From positions 150,504-214,503 of the forward strand of contig RDEW01000034.1 in assembly GCA_011109175.1 (NCBI GenBank): DNA of 64,000 bases. Reading direction: 5' to 3'. Position numbers and translations under genes: made by a program. Numbering within the stretch: the first letter of the stretch is position 1; the number at the start of each line of letters is the position of its first letter. The DNA comes from Dicyema japonicum (Eukaryota > Animalia > Dicyemida). A model generated the notes under the pieces. That model had not been told where the DNA came from and ran no database searches. It saw only the letters and a list, made by a program, of their open reading frames with translations. Below, one piece after another: positions 12,283 through 25,980 of the stretch.

Positions 12283-13428
12283 ACTTTCAAACGAAATTAG
12301 TTTTTCAAAACTTATTGTATCTAAATTTCAGTCGAGTTTACTAACCATCTGAAAAATAATGATGTTTAATCGTTGTTTTTTTGTCTTTAATTTCAGTAGA
12401 TGATTGTGTTTCAAAGCATCCTTCATCTAAAATTCAGTCGGATTTATTTACCATCTCCAATAAATTCAAAAATCAAATCATCACGGAAAATTGTAATTTA
12501 AAGATGAAATTTCGATAGACACATTTTTATAGCTTTGTGAGATGGATCCACAGTGATTATATCCTCCATTTTAATTTGTTTAAATCGCTTTTTAAGTGAA
12601 ACACATTTATCTTTTTTATACCCAACACAAACAGAAAATCTATTAATACGATATTCATTCCCATTTTGTTTATACGCCGTAATAGATATTTTAGAATAAT
12701 CACACGCAATATATATTTATTGTCTGTATAATATGTTAAGACATTATAGTAATAATCACTGAAATGTTCATCTGTATCTACTTATCAATGCAAACGTGTA
12801 CAATTTCGTATTGTCAATATATGATATTTTGATAATTCCACTTATTACTGCTCGGATTCTATTTTGGTTAAATAAAAACCAAATAGGCGTATTTGGGTCA
12901 TATTTGGGTTACAGTCATTAGCTAAAAAATTTTAATAAAAACCTTTTCCAGTAAAATAATACGAAAAACTTTTATCGTTATATTGCAACTTGATTGAATA
13001 AATTGTAACAGATATATATTTGAAAAACTAATATAAGCATAACCACATCGGTAGTAATCCCCATATTTAGTTTTAGGAATTTTTGTGATATTCGTATATC
13101 GCTTACCAGCTTAAGTACAACAAAAAACGTACCATAATCAATTTCTGTTACTAAGTCAATAGTATAAAACTCATTGTAGAAGTATGGAATAAGTTTAAAT
13201 TTTATGTTAGTGAAAGAAAACAAATCCGTACCATTAGTTTCCCATACATCTATATGTTCTTCAGAGATCAACCTTGATAAACTATATTCCTAAAGTTAAC
13301 GAAATATATACTATAGAAGGATTCTTGTAAATTACATATGAATCAATTAATATATATCTCTCATCACATTTTATTTTGACTATTTTGCTAAACAGAATAA
13401 TTATGATATAATGAATAGTTCTGTTCAT
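12283..13428 (-). pseudogene. LAMP-domain-like membrane protein, copy A (3' end lost in the gap; intron-2 acceptor AG mutated; small indels)
   Basis: High identity to 32340-33650; same exon structure. Confidence 0.7.
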
Positions 13429-14163
13429 GTAATCTAAATTTTATTAGGTCAAATTTTATTTTATTTAAATTTTTATCATTATTGTTTGATTTAATTATAT
13501 ATTAAATATCTATGATAAAAGATATTTCATTACCATTTTTATTAAATTCTTAATTATAGAAAATATAGTTAACATTATCAATTTCTCTAACTATTCCTCC
13601 ATTACTCAACAACGTAAGAATCTTGAACAATAATTCCAGCTTCATCCTATCGTTTCTACTAATCAGCTATACAAGTCGGCAAAAACGTAAATTTGAGAAT
13701 AAAACCCACATCTCTTTAATTCTTATTTAAAGAGTAACGATTGGATTCAGAAAACTGTGGTACTTGAAGGAACACAGCAAAAACCTCTCATTCCTGTCGA
13801 GGTCTCTTAATTGATGGTTTAACTCCTTTTTCTTGATGTTTCCTTTTTCGATGTTAGATAATTATAAAGTGGTTAGTGCTTTCAATCACGAATGGCTTAG
13901 TTAGATTCCTACACTTCCGCCCATATTAACAAGGATTCTTCCTTTTTATGTTTTTTCTATTCCTTAAGCACCAATAGGGATCCACATTAATCGAGAAACG
14001 CTATTTCATTTTTACTCCGTGTTTGCAAAACCAGAGAATTTAAAAAAATAATAAATAGCGACAACAAAAAGTGGACGCTGCTCAACAAACCACTAAGAAA
14101 TCTAAGGCGAACTGAGTTGACGTCTGTATTGTCTTCAGCAAACTTTCCGATTTGTTAGCGATT

Positions 14164-15963
14164 TTTGGTGAGGTGGAGACTTACTCGTTTTTTCTCTGTA
14201 CAACGGTTAGAAAAATGTCTGAAAAACACTCATCATACAATCGAGAACTCAGGCTAATGACGTTCAACGTACTTGGAATATCGAATGATTGTTCAAGAAA
14301 CGTACTTTGTGACGATCTCGAGAAATATAAAATATCTATTGGCTGTCTACAATAGACGAAAATCGAAAATGGACACGATGAGACATGGAACAACTACCGA
14401 CTGATTCTCTTCTCAACTGAATGCAAGTACTACGGCATGGGATTTGCCCTACAAAAACCCTATATGACGTCTTTGAAGCTAATACCGATCTAGGACTTGG
14501 ATTGGATTATTAATACCCATTCAAAAACGTTGGTTATTGTTAGGGAAATATGCCATTCAGATGCCTTAATTTAATTTTTATTCATTTGATAATAAAATTT
14601 CTTTCATTAAAAAAAATTCAAAAACCGAACAAATCAAAAGGACCAGTAGAAAATCTTCGCCCGATCATACATCTGAATTCTATACGCAAGGTGCTGGCAA
14701 AAATTGCACAAAGCCGGATAAAGGATGTGGCTGATCTATACCTACCAGCAAGTCAAAGTGGGTTCCGAGAAGGGAGGTCTACGGCAGACATTGTATGGAG
14801 CCACAGATGGCGCTGCGCAACGCGCCAAAGATTCAAGAGCGCAACGACAGTGTTGGGAATAGATCTCTCCAGAGCTTTCAACTTAATAAACAGACAGAAA
14901 CTGATAATTGTGCTTGAGAAAATATTGGATGAATCGTCGGTTAGGATAACCAGACTACTACTTGCAAACACAAGACTATCTGTGAGGATAGAAGGAGCAA
15001 CTTCCTGCAGTTTCAAAGCAACGATTGGGACACCCCAGGGTGATTCCCTCTCCCCTTTACTATTCACCATATACCTTGAATCTGCACTCCGCGACCTTCG
15101 TAAATGCTATATAGGAGACATAGAAGAGACATCTTATGCGGATGATGTGGATTTTGTATCACGGGACGTAACCGCACTCCAACACCTGTTAGAAAATGCA
15201 CCTGCGGAGCTTGAGAAATGGTTCCTCAGTGTAAATGTTAACAAAACTGAAATTACGGAAATCAAAAGAGCAGACGATAACATTCATGAAAGATGGAGAC
15301 GTACAAATAAGCTCTACTAGGAGACGCTGAAGATGTACTAAGTAGGAAAACACTGGCAAATGCGGCAATAGCTAAACTGAAGAAAGGATGGCTAGGGGCA
15401 AAGAACTTGGAATTGACATCAGATGCAGGCTTTACAACGCATTTGTGAAACCGATCCTACTGTATAACGCTGGGACTTGGGGAAGTTCCTTCAACGAACT
15501 ATTGAAACTGGATTCGTTCCATAGAAGGCAACTAAGAAGCTTACTCGGAATGGAGTGGCCACGTAGAATATCAACCACTGGTATCTACAACAAGTGTGTG
15601 TTGTTACATCAGCAAGACGTCCGGTGGAGACTATTTGGGCATGTACTTTTTGGCATCTACTAAGAATGTAATAAGAATGAACCCGGACGCACCGCTAACA
15701 AAGCGATGGAAGATTACTTGATAGTTGCGCAAAAACCCTTCCGTGGACGATTTAGATAGACACTTACGACAGCCTTAGACAAAGACTTAAATCGTGTGAG
15801 AAAAAATCTAAAGACGGGAGGCGACCTGGACGAATTGAGATCACTCGCATTGGACAGAGGAAGATGGAATAGACTAACTATAAATATCGATTCTTTGAGT
15901 GTTGCACATGCGGGGCTATAATCATTATGGCTTTTGTGAAAGTGGCTTAATAATAATAATAAA
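14164..15963 (+). mobile_element. RTE-like LINE, internally deleted, with 7-bp TSD
   Basis: TFNVLG, CLQ, GFREGRST, DLSRAFN, GTPQGDSLSP, YADD; (taa)n tail; TSD AGCGATT at 14157-14163 and 15964-15970; empty site near 34409. Confidence 0.9.
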
Positions 15964-17854
15964 AGCGATTAGGAAAAATAATCTGATTTCTAAATTTATT
16001 CGAAACAATATTACCGGTTTTAGATCTCAGTTAAATTTATCATTTCTGAACTTTTTGTTTAGTGAACTAACTTCCGTTGCTGATCTTAATTCTATGGTTT
16101 TGGCAAGTCGTTCAAATAGTTATGGGTTTTTACATTAGTCTTTAAATAATACAAAATAACTATTCATATTCGTACAAGCTATTTTGGTCCTCTACGCTCA
16201 TTATTAATTTAATTTGAGAGAAGTGGACTGTATAGCAGCCTATATTATAAATTGGAAAATTGTTGTCTTGCTAGAATGTCCGGAATATTGATTATAGAGT
16301 AATTATGCCTGGGGACAATTTTCATTATTTATCAGATTCGACGAATTGATCGTCCCCTGTTAGCAAAAGATCTAAACAACCCCCTTCATAGCCTACCATT
16401 ATGAACCAATAATCATTAAAATGCAATAGTAAAGAATCCAATAATATTTTGCATAAAGAATAATATTTAATGTTAGAATATTTACCCTCGATCTTTAATT
16501 ATGTTTCCCCATTGGCTTTGTGCGTAACTCAAGATATTCCTTGACGACTTCCATATCTACGCTTGTATAAATCGCAGGATCATCGAGTTTAGATCCACCA
16601 AATCATTGCTCTGACAATTACTTTACTACTTCGAGGATAAAGCTAGTTACACATGGAAATTTACTTTATTACTTCGAGGATAAAGAATCAACTCAGAATA
16701 ACGGAGAGTTATGAAAGAAAACGTTCGGAAGTTATGAATTATCTCAAAGGAATAAACCAATAAAGTGGGAGAAATTGAATTGTTTTTGATAGCATCCTGC
16801 AGTATCGCTATTTATTTTTGGTGAACCACCTAAACTGGCGCTAATTAGGAAAATAATAGAACCAAGTAGATAAAAGGGGAATCAAGCAGTAAAAAAATCA
16901 TTATTACATTAAGTGTTTACAATTTTTAATTGATTTGTTAAATGTTCTATTTGACAAGGAAATTATTAAAACTCAGCGTTTACTGAAGAGTACAACATTA
17001 TAAAATGTATGCTGGAGAGACAAGACCTAAGTGTATTAGCAACTCGGAAGTGTAGAAAAGCTTTTATTTAATTTTAATTAAAATTTTAGGAGGAATAAGC
17101 AGGAATTTAATATTATCGTTGATGCTCACATGTTCCGGAATTCGACTTGAAATAATAGTTAACTTTGATATAATAGATTATTTTTATTTTTGACGATGAT
17201 TGACAGTGATGGATCAGTCTCAGCGCTCGCGACATAATATCTATTTGATTTTTGTAAGTTGGATTAATAATATCAAAGTTAAGACGTCGATTTTAGATTA
17301 TGATGTTTTAATCGTTTTTAATTGACTTCGTATCATGACAACGTAGTAAAGGAGGATTTTTTGTTTCTTCACGTTCCCAACACATGAAGAAAGTCCTTCT
17401 TATAGAACTATGACTTCCCTGGACAGTCACCATAATCCTTTCCTTGATCACAAACAAAATTTTTATTATGCACTCGGGAACTATGTGGTTTTCCAAAAAA
17501 CATCTATTTTTGGAATTGCAATATTAAGTTTCATGGGAGTGTTTAAGGCCCACTCACATCCGTTCTGATGAGATGCCTCTAACTCCGTTAATGTCCAGGC
17601 TAAGTATATTTAAGGCCTTTGGTCCCGGATACATTTCAACATCTCATAACATGACGAGTCTCCACCGGAAAAGTGCACAGATGTGTAGGAAGTGCCGTCC
17701 AGGAGTGACTTTTCTGGATGGTCGTTGACAAATAATTCTTTTGGATACAATTTTGATTTGTATCTGACGTCACCAGACAAGACGAACTACATGACGCACA
17801 CTATGTAAAAATATAATGATTTGCTTAATTTAATAAGAATTTATTTTTTTGATC

Positions 17855-18770
17855 AAATTACAATATATTATTTTGATGGAAAAGATTAACTTAAAAAGCA
17901 GGTCCTCTTCAGAGCATTGGACAACCCACATGTCGACCTTAAGTCGTCGACAATATGGCTAAAATTTGGTGACAACTTACCACGATCGGAGGCGCTGTAC
18001 ACGTATATGCAAAACCGCAATATTTTTTGGGGTCGATCACCAAATACATGTCCCCACTGTAAGTCAAAGAGCATGTCGGTTGATCATATAGCCACTTGAT
18101 GTGGATCCATGATCTGCCACGACTATGTGTGAGGCAGAACGAGGTAGTAAGAAGTCTTCATCTTCTACTATGCAATAAATTTGGTATTTGCCACACCAGA
18201 AAGTTGCGTACTTATAAGGTGCAATCTGTAGTATAGAACACCAGAGTACAAATTAAGGTAGACTGTGTTATCCGTACCTCGGTGCTAGTCAAGCACAATA
18301 TACGGACATTGTGCTACACGATAAGTAGTCTGCCCAAGTCCTTATCATAGAGGTTAACATCACGTCTCAAGACCGTTTGCAGAATGTAAAAGTGGAGAAA
18401 AAAAGGAAATTATTACTTTCTTGCAAACGAGATGGGGCAGATGCTTGGTTGCAAAGTGTCGTTATTCCTATAGTATGATGTGGGAAGGAATTGAACAAAG
18501 TAACATAAGGGTGATCTGAATGAGTTGGGAGTAGATAGGAAGCTCCAGATCTATCTAAAGTTAACTGTCTTAAAGCGGACCCTAGAGAGCCTGCCACTGG
18601 AGTACAGGAAGCAGAGCCCTGAGATGACATATGAAAAGGGTTCAATTGGATAAGCGCTCTCGGAGTTGTTTCAGCAACCAGAATCGAACTGCTTGAGAAG
18701 GCTGGCTAACAGGCAGGCAGGAAGGTTGTTGATTATTAAATATATTAACTTTTTTATTGTTGGTTTAATA
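17855..18770 (+). mobile_element. Degenerate R4/Dong-like family A, 3' part
   Basis: Colinear with about 39390-40310 with many indels. Confidence 0.9.
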
Positions 18771-19149
18771 AGTCGATTTAAACGAGATTAGTTGTGATAT
18801 TTTCTGAACTGTTTGAGTATGCCTATGACCCAAATCACAAAGTCTTACAAAAAGACCAAATCAGGTATTTACTGGTCTGCAAATAAGTTAGAATCCATTT
18901 AATCTTTTAGTTGTATCTTAAGACAAAATAGACGGTTAATATTCCACCTGCTTTTTAATTGAAGGAGAACAACATGGCAGATGTCTCTGTTGTGCTCTTT
19001 TTGACTGAATGACCCTTCTGTGATTGCTGAAGTTTTACACTTTAATGTTTTACAATGCTTACGAAAAAGAAGACAAAGTTTTCATTCATCATGAAGCAAA
19101 GTAGATATTTAGTGAATTATGGGTACCTTAATACCTTAATTAAAATGAG

Positions 19150-19270
19150 GATGAAATGGCGTCCATACTAAGAGGGTACATGAGGAAGTTGGAAGTTGAT
19201 AGATCATTCTCATTACGTACAAGAACTGTTCTTAAAAGAATCCTGGAATGTATGTCTCTTTTACGAGAAC
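19150..19270 (+). mobile_element. Old R4/Dong-like 3' remnant
   Basis: GYMRKLEVDR..TVLKRILE resembles family A GYLMQLGVDR..TVLKRTLE. Confidence 0.55.
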
Positions 19271-19394
19271 GGGAGGATTCCTTTGTTCTGTGCTTAAAAA
19301 ATTACAAGAATTATGTTAAGACCAAACTAACTACTTAAATAGCACATTATTTATGAGACATAGGGCTTTTTGAGTTACGGAGTGGTGGATTTGT

Positions 19395-19560
19395 AGGGAA
19401 CATCGAACCGGACCAACTTCTCTGGAGGCCATTATGCAACTAGACTCCATAAATTGGCCCCGTAAATTCAGTCAGCCGCCCAGTACAGCCATGCGCAGCC
19501 ACAGGGGAGGAACATTGGACAAGATGAGGTCTCTAATGGAACGCATCGAATCACGTGATA
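19395..19560 (+). mobile_element. 3' fragment of the I-group LINE family
   Basis: Similar to the reverse complement of about 10970-11135. Confidence 0.7.
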
Positions 19561-21699
19561 ATGAGTTTACTATCACCATGGTTTTGGGATTTTAAATAAA
19601 CAAGAGGCTTATACTAGAAGATGCCAAAAACTATCCAACCTCACACACAAGAGACCAATTCCAACAAATTCACTAAGAGTTGATGTAATGACAATTTGCC
19701 TTCTATCATGGTGGTGATAATAAACAGATGTTCACGCTATTCCTCTCTTTCTATATTAGGGATATCAAGTTATTGTTTTATCGGATTGATAGTTGTTGCT
19801 TTTTTAATTTTATTCCAGTAACTATGATGGTATTCATTAGGTTGCCAAGTAATTGACTGATGTTTACTCCACCGTTGAAGAAACGGTATAGTCTATCAAG
19901 AACTCCTTCCGGAGTGTGAACCTCCATTCTGTCAACAGTCAGGAAGAAGTAAGATTAATTTGAATTCTTCAGACATTCATCAAGTACTCTTCTATCATTT
20001 GAAGGGATCAGATTGACCGACTTTCTTGCGGGACCTTCCAATGTACCAACTGTAAAGCGGTAAAGCCTCCGCGAATGCCTCAAAGTATATCGATCTGGGT
20101 GTCCTTCTTTGTGACCATCGTGATATGCAAACGTTTAGTTCCTTAATTATTTAATATAGTTTATAGAGTTTGGATGTGGATATCGCATACGTTTATGGGG
20201 ACAGGAATATTCAATTATTGGATTCTATGATTTAAATATACAATATGAATATGCAGTATACAGAAGGGAGGGGGCACTTGTTTATAATTGCCTTTAAAAT
20301 ATACATCGCGAGGAATTATTATTTATCCCCAAAAGGGTTAACCAAAGTAAAAAAGTTAAGCCACTAATAAAGATCCCGGCAGTCTTCAAACATGCGCGCG
20401 ATGTTTCTGCAAAGCTCCTTTATAATTCCCACTGCATTCTTAAACTCCTTTTTCATCAGAATTTTTAGTGGTGCGGGTTTCTTATGAAATTTACATGTTT
20501 CAGCAGCTACTACCGTTGATTGACGGAAACAGTGAGATTCGACGCCACAGAAAGTGAGGAACAAAATTAGTGTTTATTGGAGTTACCAAAAATATTTAAT
20601 TTTTTGTTTTTAATTTTATTTTTTATAATTAATAAATTGATAATAATTTTAAATAAATATATATAGCTTTGTGGTGTTGAATGGATCCTGTCAATCTATT
20701 TCTTTCTTAACTGATGTTTTACTTCACGCAAATGATATGATTGACGAAAAAAACTTTCATTTTCTCAAAACGCAAGAATCTGACGAAAGTGTAAGTAGAC
20801 TAATATAATCTCAGACTCTTAAATTTTAAAAATTTGAATTCACTCGAGCCATATGACAGACCACTCAGACTATTGGGGATGAAACTACTAATGAGTACAT
20901 TCTCACTAATAGAATTGTTAATTCAATGTCCTCAGAAGATCGATTTGTACTTACTGATTGTTATATTTAGTTGGAAAATATGTCCAATAATGATGATTTA
21001 TCCTCTTAAATGTTATTTTGAAATATTATTTTATATACAAATAGGCAAAGATTTTTCGTCATAGTTAATTCCTCATATTCATTCCCCCATAGTGTCTCGA
21101 GACACTCAGTGCAAGCATGCTGTAAAGAGATCATTTTCTCTCTTCCCTCTTCCATTAAGTTATTTTTTGGAGTTCCCACAACAGTGTGCCAGTTCCTCGT
21201 TCTTAGTTCGGGTCTTTATCTTCATTTCTTTATGGTGTCACATGATTTACGTTTTTCAGAAGGAACTCAATTCTTATAAACTCCGTTTATATACGCTTTT
21301 AGACTTTACTCGTGTTTTTGTAAAGTTAAGGCTTCATCATAAATCTTTTCTGTTTTTTTATAACGTGAGAAGAATGGATAAATAATTAAGTTGATTTCTA
21401 CATGTTCCTTCAAGACTGTTGATTGTTTAGATAAGAGGTTCCCAAACTTTTTTATCCATTGCCTTCATAGCAAATCAGAAAAAATTGATAGCATTATAAA
21501 TTCAATTGTGTATGACTTGTCTGATTTGTTGATAATTAAAGCGATGAGATGCAACAACACGATCGCTCAATATGAAATTTCATAGCCTCATTGAAGAACG
21601 ACTTTAAGTACATACACTACAATGATTTACACTTGGGTGATTTTAATTTTTAATTTAATAACCTTGGATACACAAAGAAAGAAATTAAAAGTAAACAAC

Positions 21700-21900
21700 T
21701 CGTTAAATGTATCCAGTTTCCAATTCTACAGAAACAGAGCCATCCGGAATCAGCATGAAAAACAGACGTCCATTACTTGCATTTGTGAGAACACCTACAG
21801 TCGAGTGGGGGAGAGCAAACGATCCTTTTCATGCCAGCTTGACACTGGGCGCCACTTATACAGGTAGATATAATGACCCACTCTACTAAAAAGAACAGAA
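21700..21900 (+). mobile_element. Short internally deleted I-group LINE derivative
   Basis: Similar to 54355-54600 and to the reverse complement of 11880-11945. Confidence 0.55.
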
Positions 21901-22079
21901 AAAACAGATAACTACATTTAATTAGCTACGTAACATCTTTTGAAGACACCTGACGCCACGTAGCATACAAAATCAAATACATGATTTTAAAATACTAGTT
22001 GGATAAATTATTATAATATATTAAATGCATAATTATTAAAATATATGAATAATCGTTTAACACCCACCAGAAATTCATC

Positions 22080-23030
22080 GCTCCCAAAGGCGCAAAACGT
22101 CAATTCATTTCATATCGTCAACTGTGGGAATCACTATAGATGAACTACTTCGGACCAAACACTCCAGACAATTCTAGAACTATACAAAAAAGATGGTTTC
22201 TATCAATTTTGAAATTAACCATCCGTTGGCGTCTTATATCACTGTCATTTATGTTAGTGGTAATTTTCTTTGAAATATCAGATATGAGAAATCCCAAGAT
22301 AGAGATCACACATTCTCTTTATTTCCCAAAGAGATCGAATACTAAAATCAAGGCGCATGGGAATTTGGGACTAAAATCTTTGAGAGGTTTCTTTAAACAC
22401 AACATCTTATCTTTCCATATTCAACTAAAGAAGTTCTCATAAAAACTGATATGAATGACAGGGTGCTTTAAAAAATAACCCTAACTATGACCGTGGGAAC
22501 TAGGATCACTTAAAGGATTTCTTTCTTTTTCCTTAACCATTGGTCAAAAATTAAAAAAAATTTAAAATGACATTCTTGGATGGGCCAAATCTCATCACGT
22601 TGACATAAGTGCTTATACCAAAATAATGAATAGTTCAACCTACTAAAATGTATCCTTGAAGAGCAAGACGCTTTGTCGAGAGAACATTGTTTTTCAAGTG
22701 GTAAGGGACTGCAGTGTATGCCAGTGCAACGAATATCACAAAATTGTGTTAAAAGTTCAGAATTACCCAGATCCATGGGAGGCGGAACAATTACCAGACT
22801 CAGAGAATCGTAGAAAGATTTAATCAGACTATCACGAGGTTATCGAAAAGATTGTTTTGGCTAACAAGATTGGATAAATACAATCGAAAGGCTATGTGTT
22901 ATACAATAAAATACCTCACTCATCCGCAGGTATAGTGGTTCTTTTATTTTTTTGTAGGTGTTAGCCCGTTCAAGAGATTTCGAGGGATTCGTGGATTCTA
23001 CACTATTGTTGCAAATTCGTCAAGCGATTT
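22080..23030 (+). mobile_element. Ty3/Gypsy LTR retrotransposon pol remnant
   Basis: VRDCSVCQ (integrase zinc finger), RIVERFNQTI (integrase core), KEVLIKTD (RNase H-like). Confidence 0.5.
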
Positions 23031-23879
23031 CGTCGATGTAAAATAGTCAAGGATCTGTCATGAAATTCAAGTCAGCAAAAAGCAATATTAGTCTGTAATC
23101 TCAGTGGCAATTATCGAGACCCTTGATGTCAGAAATTTGAAGGCAACATGTCGACTTTTTGTAGTTATTCAGTCCTGACAAAGTAGCTGTGTGTTCGGAC
23201 GGGCATTGAGGTCTCTGTAATTGGATGTAAGGATGGTTGGCATATGAGATCATCCAACCGTGAATCGAACATAAGTGAAAGTAAAGGGACGTCACCCCCT
23301 CAGTCAAAAAGGGTAAAAGATAGATGTTTGTGTTAGAATTATTATTTTAATAATTTTGTATTTTTTTAAATAATTAATTCCTAATTTAAATCTTTAAATA
23401 AAGACTGAATAAAAACCGACTTCACTTTGTTATGCCAGTCAGCACACATTAAAAAGCGAGAAGCTAATGAGCGAAAATATGAAGCAGTGCCACAAAGTAA
23501 GATATAGATTCAATTTAGGACATGAAACTAATATTAACGGGCAACATGAATGTTCCATTAGATCTCCCGATGGATAGAATAGTTGGATCGTATTGATAAC
23601 TGGCATGGGCGTCTACTTAGTAAGGTAGATCCAATGACTCCTTTAAAGGGTGCACAGTAAATTTTAAATCAATTAGCCACATAGCATCATATGGCGCCTC
23701 ACGGCTGACTTGTTTTATGTATTTAAATGAACAACCAAAGGACAACCAGATATTTTGAAATTGAAAAAGCATGTTTGAATTTTTCAAAATTATTATTATT
23801 TGTTAAAGTTTAAATTAAATATAATTTAGTTAGAAATCAAAAGATCATTTAACAGTTTTTTTGTGATTTGCTCTCCCTC

Positions 23880-24390
23880 AATGCACTGAGGGGTTCCCAC
23901 AACTGCAAGGAATGGACGTCTATTAACTTTTATGCTGGTTCCGAATGTACTTGTGTGATGTTGAAGGACTCTGTTTCAGTAACAGTGGAAACTGGATACA
24001 CTTAACTAGTTGTTTACTGTGTTACCTTCTGCGTATCCGGGATTAATAAATTAATTATTTAAACAACATAACATTCCCTCGATAATTCCCACTGTCTCCT
24101 ACTTCCCTTATTACAATTCTGAGGCTCGCAGTTTTGACTTGGCAAAATAACAAAATCGATAGCTGAGGCCTCTGCAAAGTGAAGGAAATTTGATTCCTTA
24201 GGAAAAAATTAGAAATTATCAGAACTTGATTATGCTTACTATAAGATAGTGCACCAGAACTCATGGATTTCCAACGATATGTGCGCTTGTGTGATCTCTG
24301 TTCTCCACTACTAAAACTCATATTGAAGATGTAAGGCTGCAAAAATAGCTCCAAAAAAAATGCTGTCAAGACTCATGGGAATACTCAAAT
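23880..24390 (-). mobile_element. I-group LINE fragment
   Basis: Nucleotide similarity to 11860-12000. Confidence 0.6.
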
Positions 24391-25049
24391 AGTACGTGTG
24401 ACAGAATTTTTTAAAATAAGAGGAAATTGGGGGAAGACATTGCAATAAAGATTTATGTTCTGTTATACAAGGAAGGTCTTATCAAATAGAATTGAATATT
24501 TTATTTCATTTTTGCTAAATGTAGCTTTCAATTTATGACAAAAAATCTACTCTGGTTTACATCTACTTCTCCCTCATATTTCCTCCTTCCAACTTTATTT
24601 CAAGAAATTACCAAGAAACATATCAGTTAAGTCGAAACCGACTACACTTTGTTTCGACTTCATCTTTTAAGTTCGCTCTTCCATGTCCACTCGGAGAATG
24701 GCATGACAAGGAGAAATCTGCTATCCAATACTTGCTTCGATTTTTGGTTACATCTTGCTTTATTTTGAAGATCCGTCGATGACTGGGGTCCACAAGGAGT
24801 TGAGGCTAATATTTAATTATAGGAAAGATGAGGAACTAATTCCCTCTGGTTTCTTTTCGAATCTAAATAATTTTCACTCCAACCATATCTTAGTTGACTT
24901 ACCTTTATAATTGGGGGATTCAACATAACCTACCATTTTGCATTAATCGTTACTTTTTTACTAGATCGTTCACTTAGAACATTCAATTCCACAAAGCTGT
25001 TGATTGTACCATGTTTTATTATTAGCACATGTTATCGACTAACTACTAA

Positions 25050-25980
25050 CTATACCATTTCAGGTTTAAAGTGGGTCTTACCAAAAGCAAAGTGGGTCTT
25101 ACCAAAAGCAAAGTGGGTCTTACCAAAAGCAAAGTGGGTCTTACCAAAAGCAAAGTGGAACTTACCAAAAGCAAAGTGGTACTTACCAAAAGCAAAGTGG
25201 AACTTACCAAAAGCAAATTGGTACTTACCATAAGCAAAGTGGTACTTGTAGGATATAGACGCGTAATATTTTATCAGTGTGTCTGGTTTTATGTAGAGTC
25301 GACTTTTCTCTCTGGGGTGGATCTTTTGGTGTTTTAGATCCACATCCATACTCTCTGCATTGGGGGGTTTTTGTAGAGAGCCTTCGATAGTCTCGTCCAT
25401 CTATTTGCATTTTCTGTCTTTATGTTGTTGTCGATCTCTGTGTTCTGCTCTCGTATTTTCCTGATGTTCTTTTCTGTTGGCGATTTTACCATCTTTAGAT
25501 TATTTCGTTCTCTGATCAGATGTTTCGTCGTTGTGTTGAATGTACTTCTTTTTCGCAGCGTTTATAATGGAGTTGAACCATTTCACTAATTGTTCGACGG
25601 AGGGAAAAGTGAGGAAATTTAATAGTCCAATACAATTATCGACGTATTCTTTGAATCCTCTCCAATTCGCAAGGCTGAGTTTGTTATCGTTGGGTATTGT
25701 CCTTTTATCCGTGACCTCGTTTTGAACTCCAAAAATATTGGATTGTGGTCACTCCTGGGGTCATACTTCACTGACCAGTCAATAAGAGGGGCCACTGATA
25801 AAATATTACGCGTCTATATCCTACAAGTACTACTTTGCTTTTGGTAAGTACCACTTTGCTTTTGGTAAGTTCCACTTTGCTTTTGGTAAGTTCCACTTTG
25901 CTTTTGGTAAGTTCCACTTTGCTTTTGGTAAGACCCACTTTGCTTTTGGTAAGACCCACTTTAAACCTGAAATGGTATAG
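25050..25980. mobile_element. Foldback-type element: long inverted arms built from 21-bp tandem repeats around a captured LINE fragment
   Basis: Arms 25050-25279 (8 units) and 25793-25980 (6 units) of AAGTGG(GT/AA/TA)CTTACCAAAAGCA; interior encodes SDHNPIF..ANWRGFKEY..FNSIINAAKK on the minus strand. Confidence 0.85.

Larger units (their letters stand above)
12283..16970. repeat. Direct segmental duplication of about 32340-35510, interrupted here by an RTE insertion
   Basis: Long colinear similarity on both sides of the RTE; short unique stretch about 16100-16320. Confidence 0.9.

Noticed and set aside
17500-17760. Penelope-like RT remnant (GVFKAH..EMPL.PLMS)
   Set aside because: Only one weak motif; too degenerate to call
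24625-24665. 10-bp hairpin AAGTCGAAAC..GTTTCGACTT as a Penelope or ribozyme signal
   Set aside because: No CTGANGA core and no supporting Penelope ORF nearby
25069-25250. 21-bp array as a CRISPR array or as a repeat protein (KWVLPKA / KVGLTKS ORFs)
   Set aside because: No spacers; ORFs are open in several frames only because the unit is 3n and stop-free; an inverted partner shows these are TIR arms
25820-25965. Repeat unit as a serial array of 21-nt micro-introns (contains GTAAGT)
   Set aside because: Units run GTAAG..TTTTG with no AG acceptor in register
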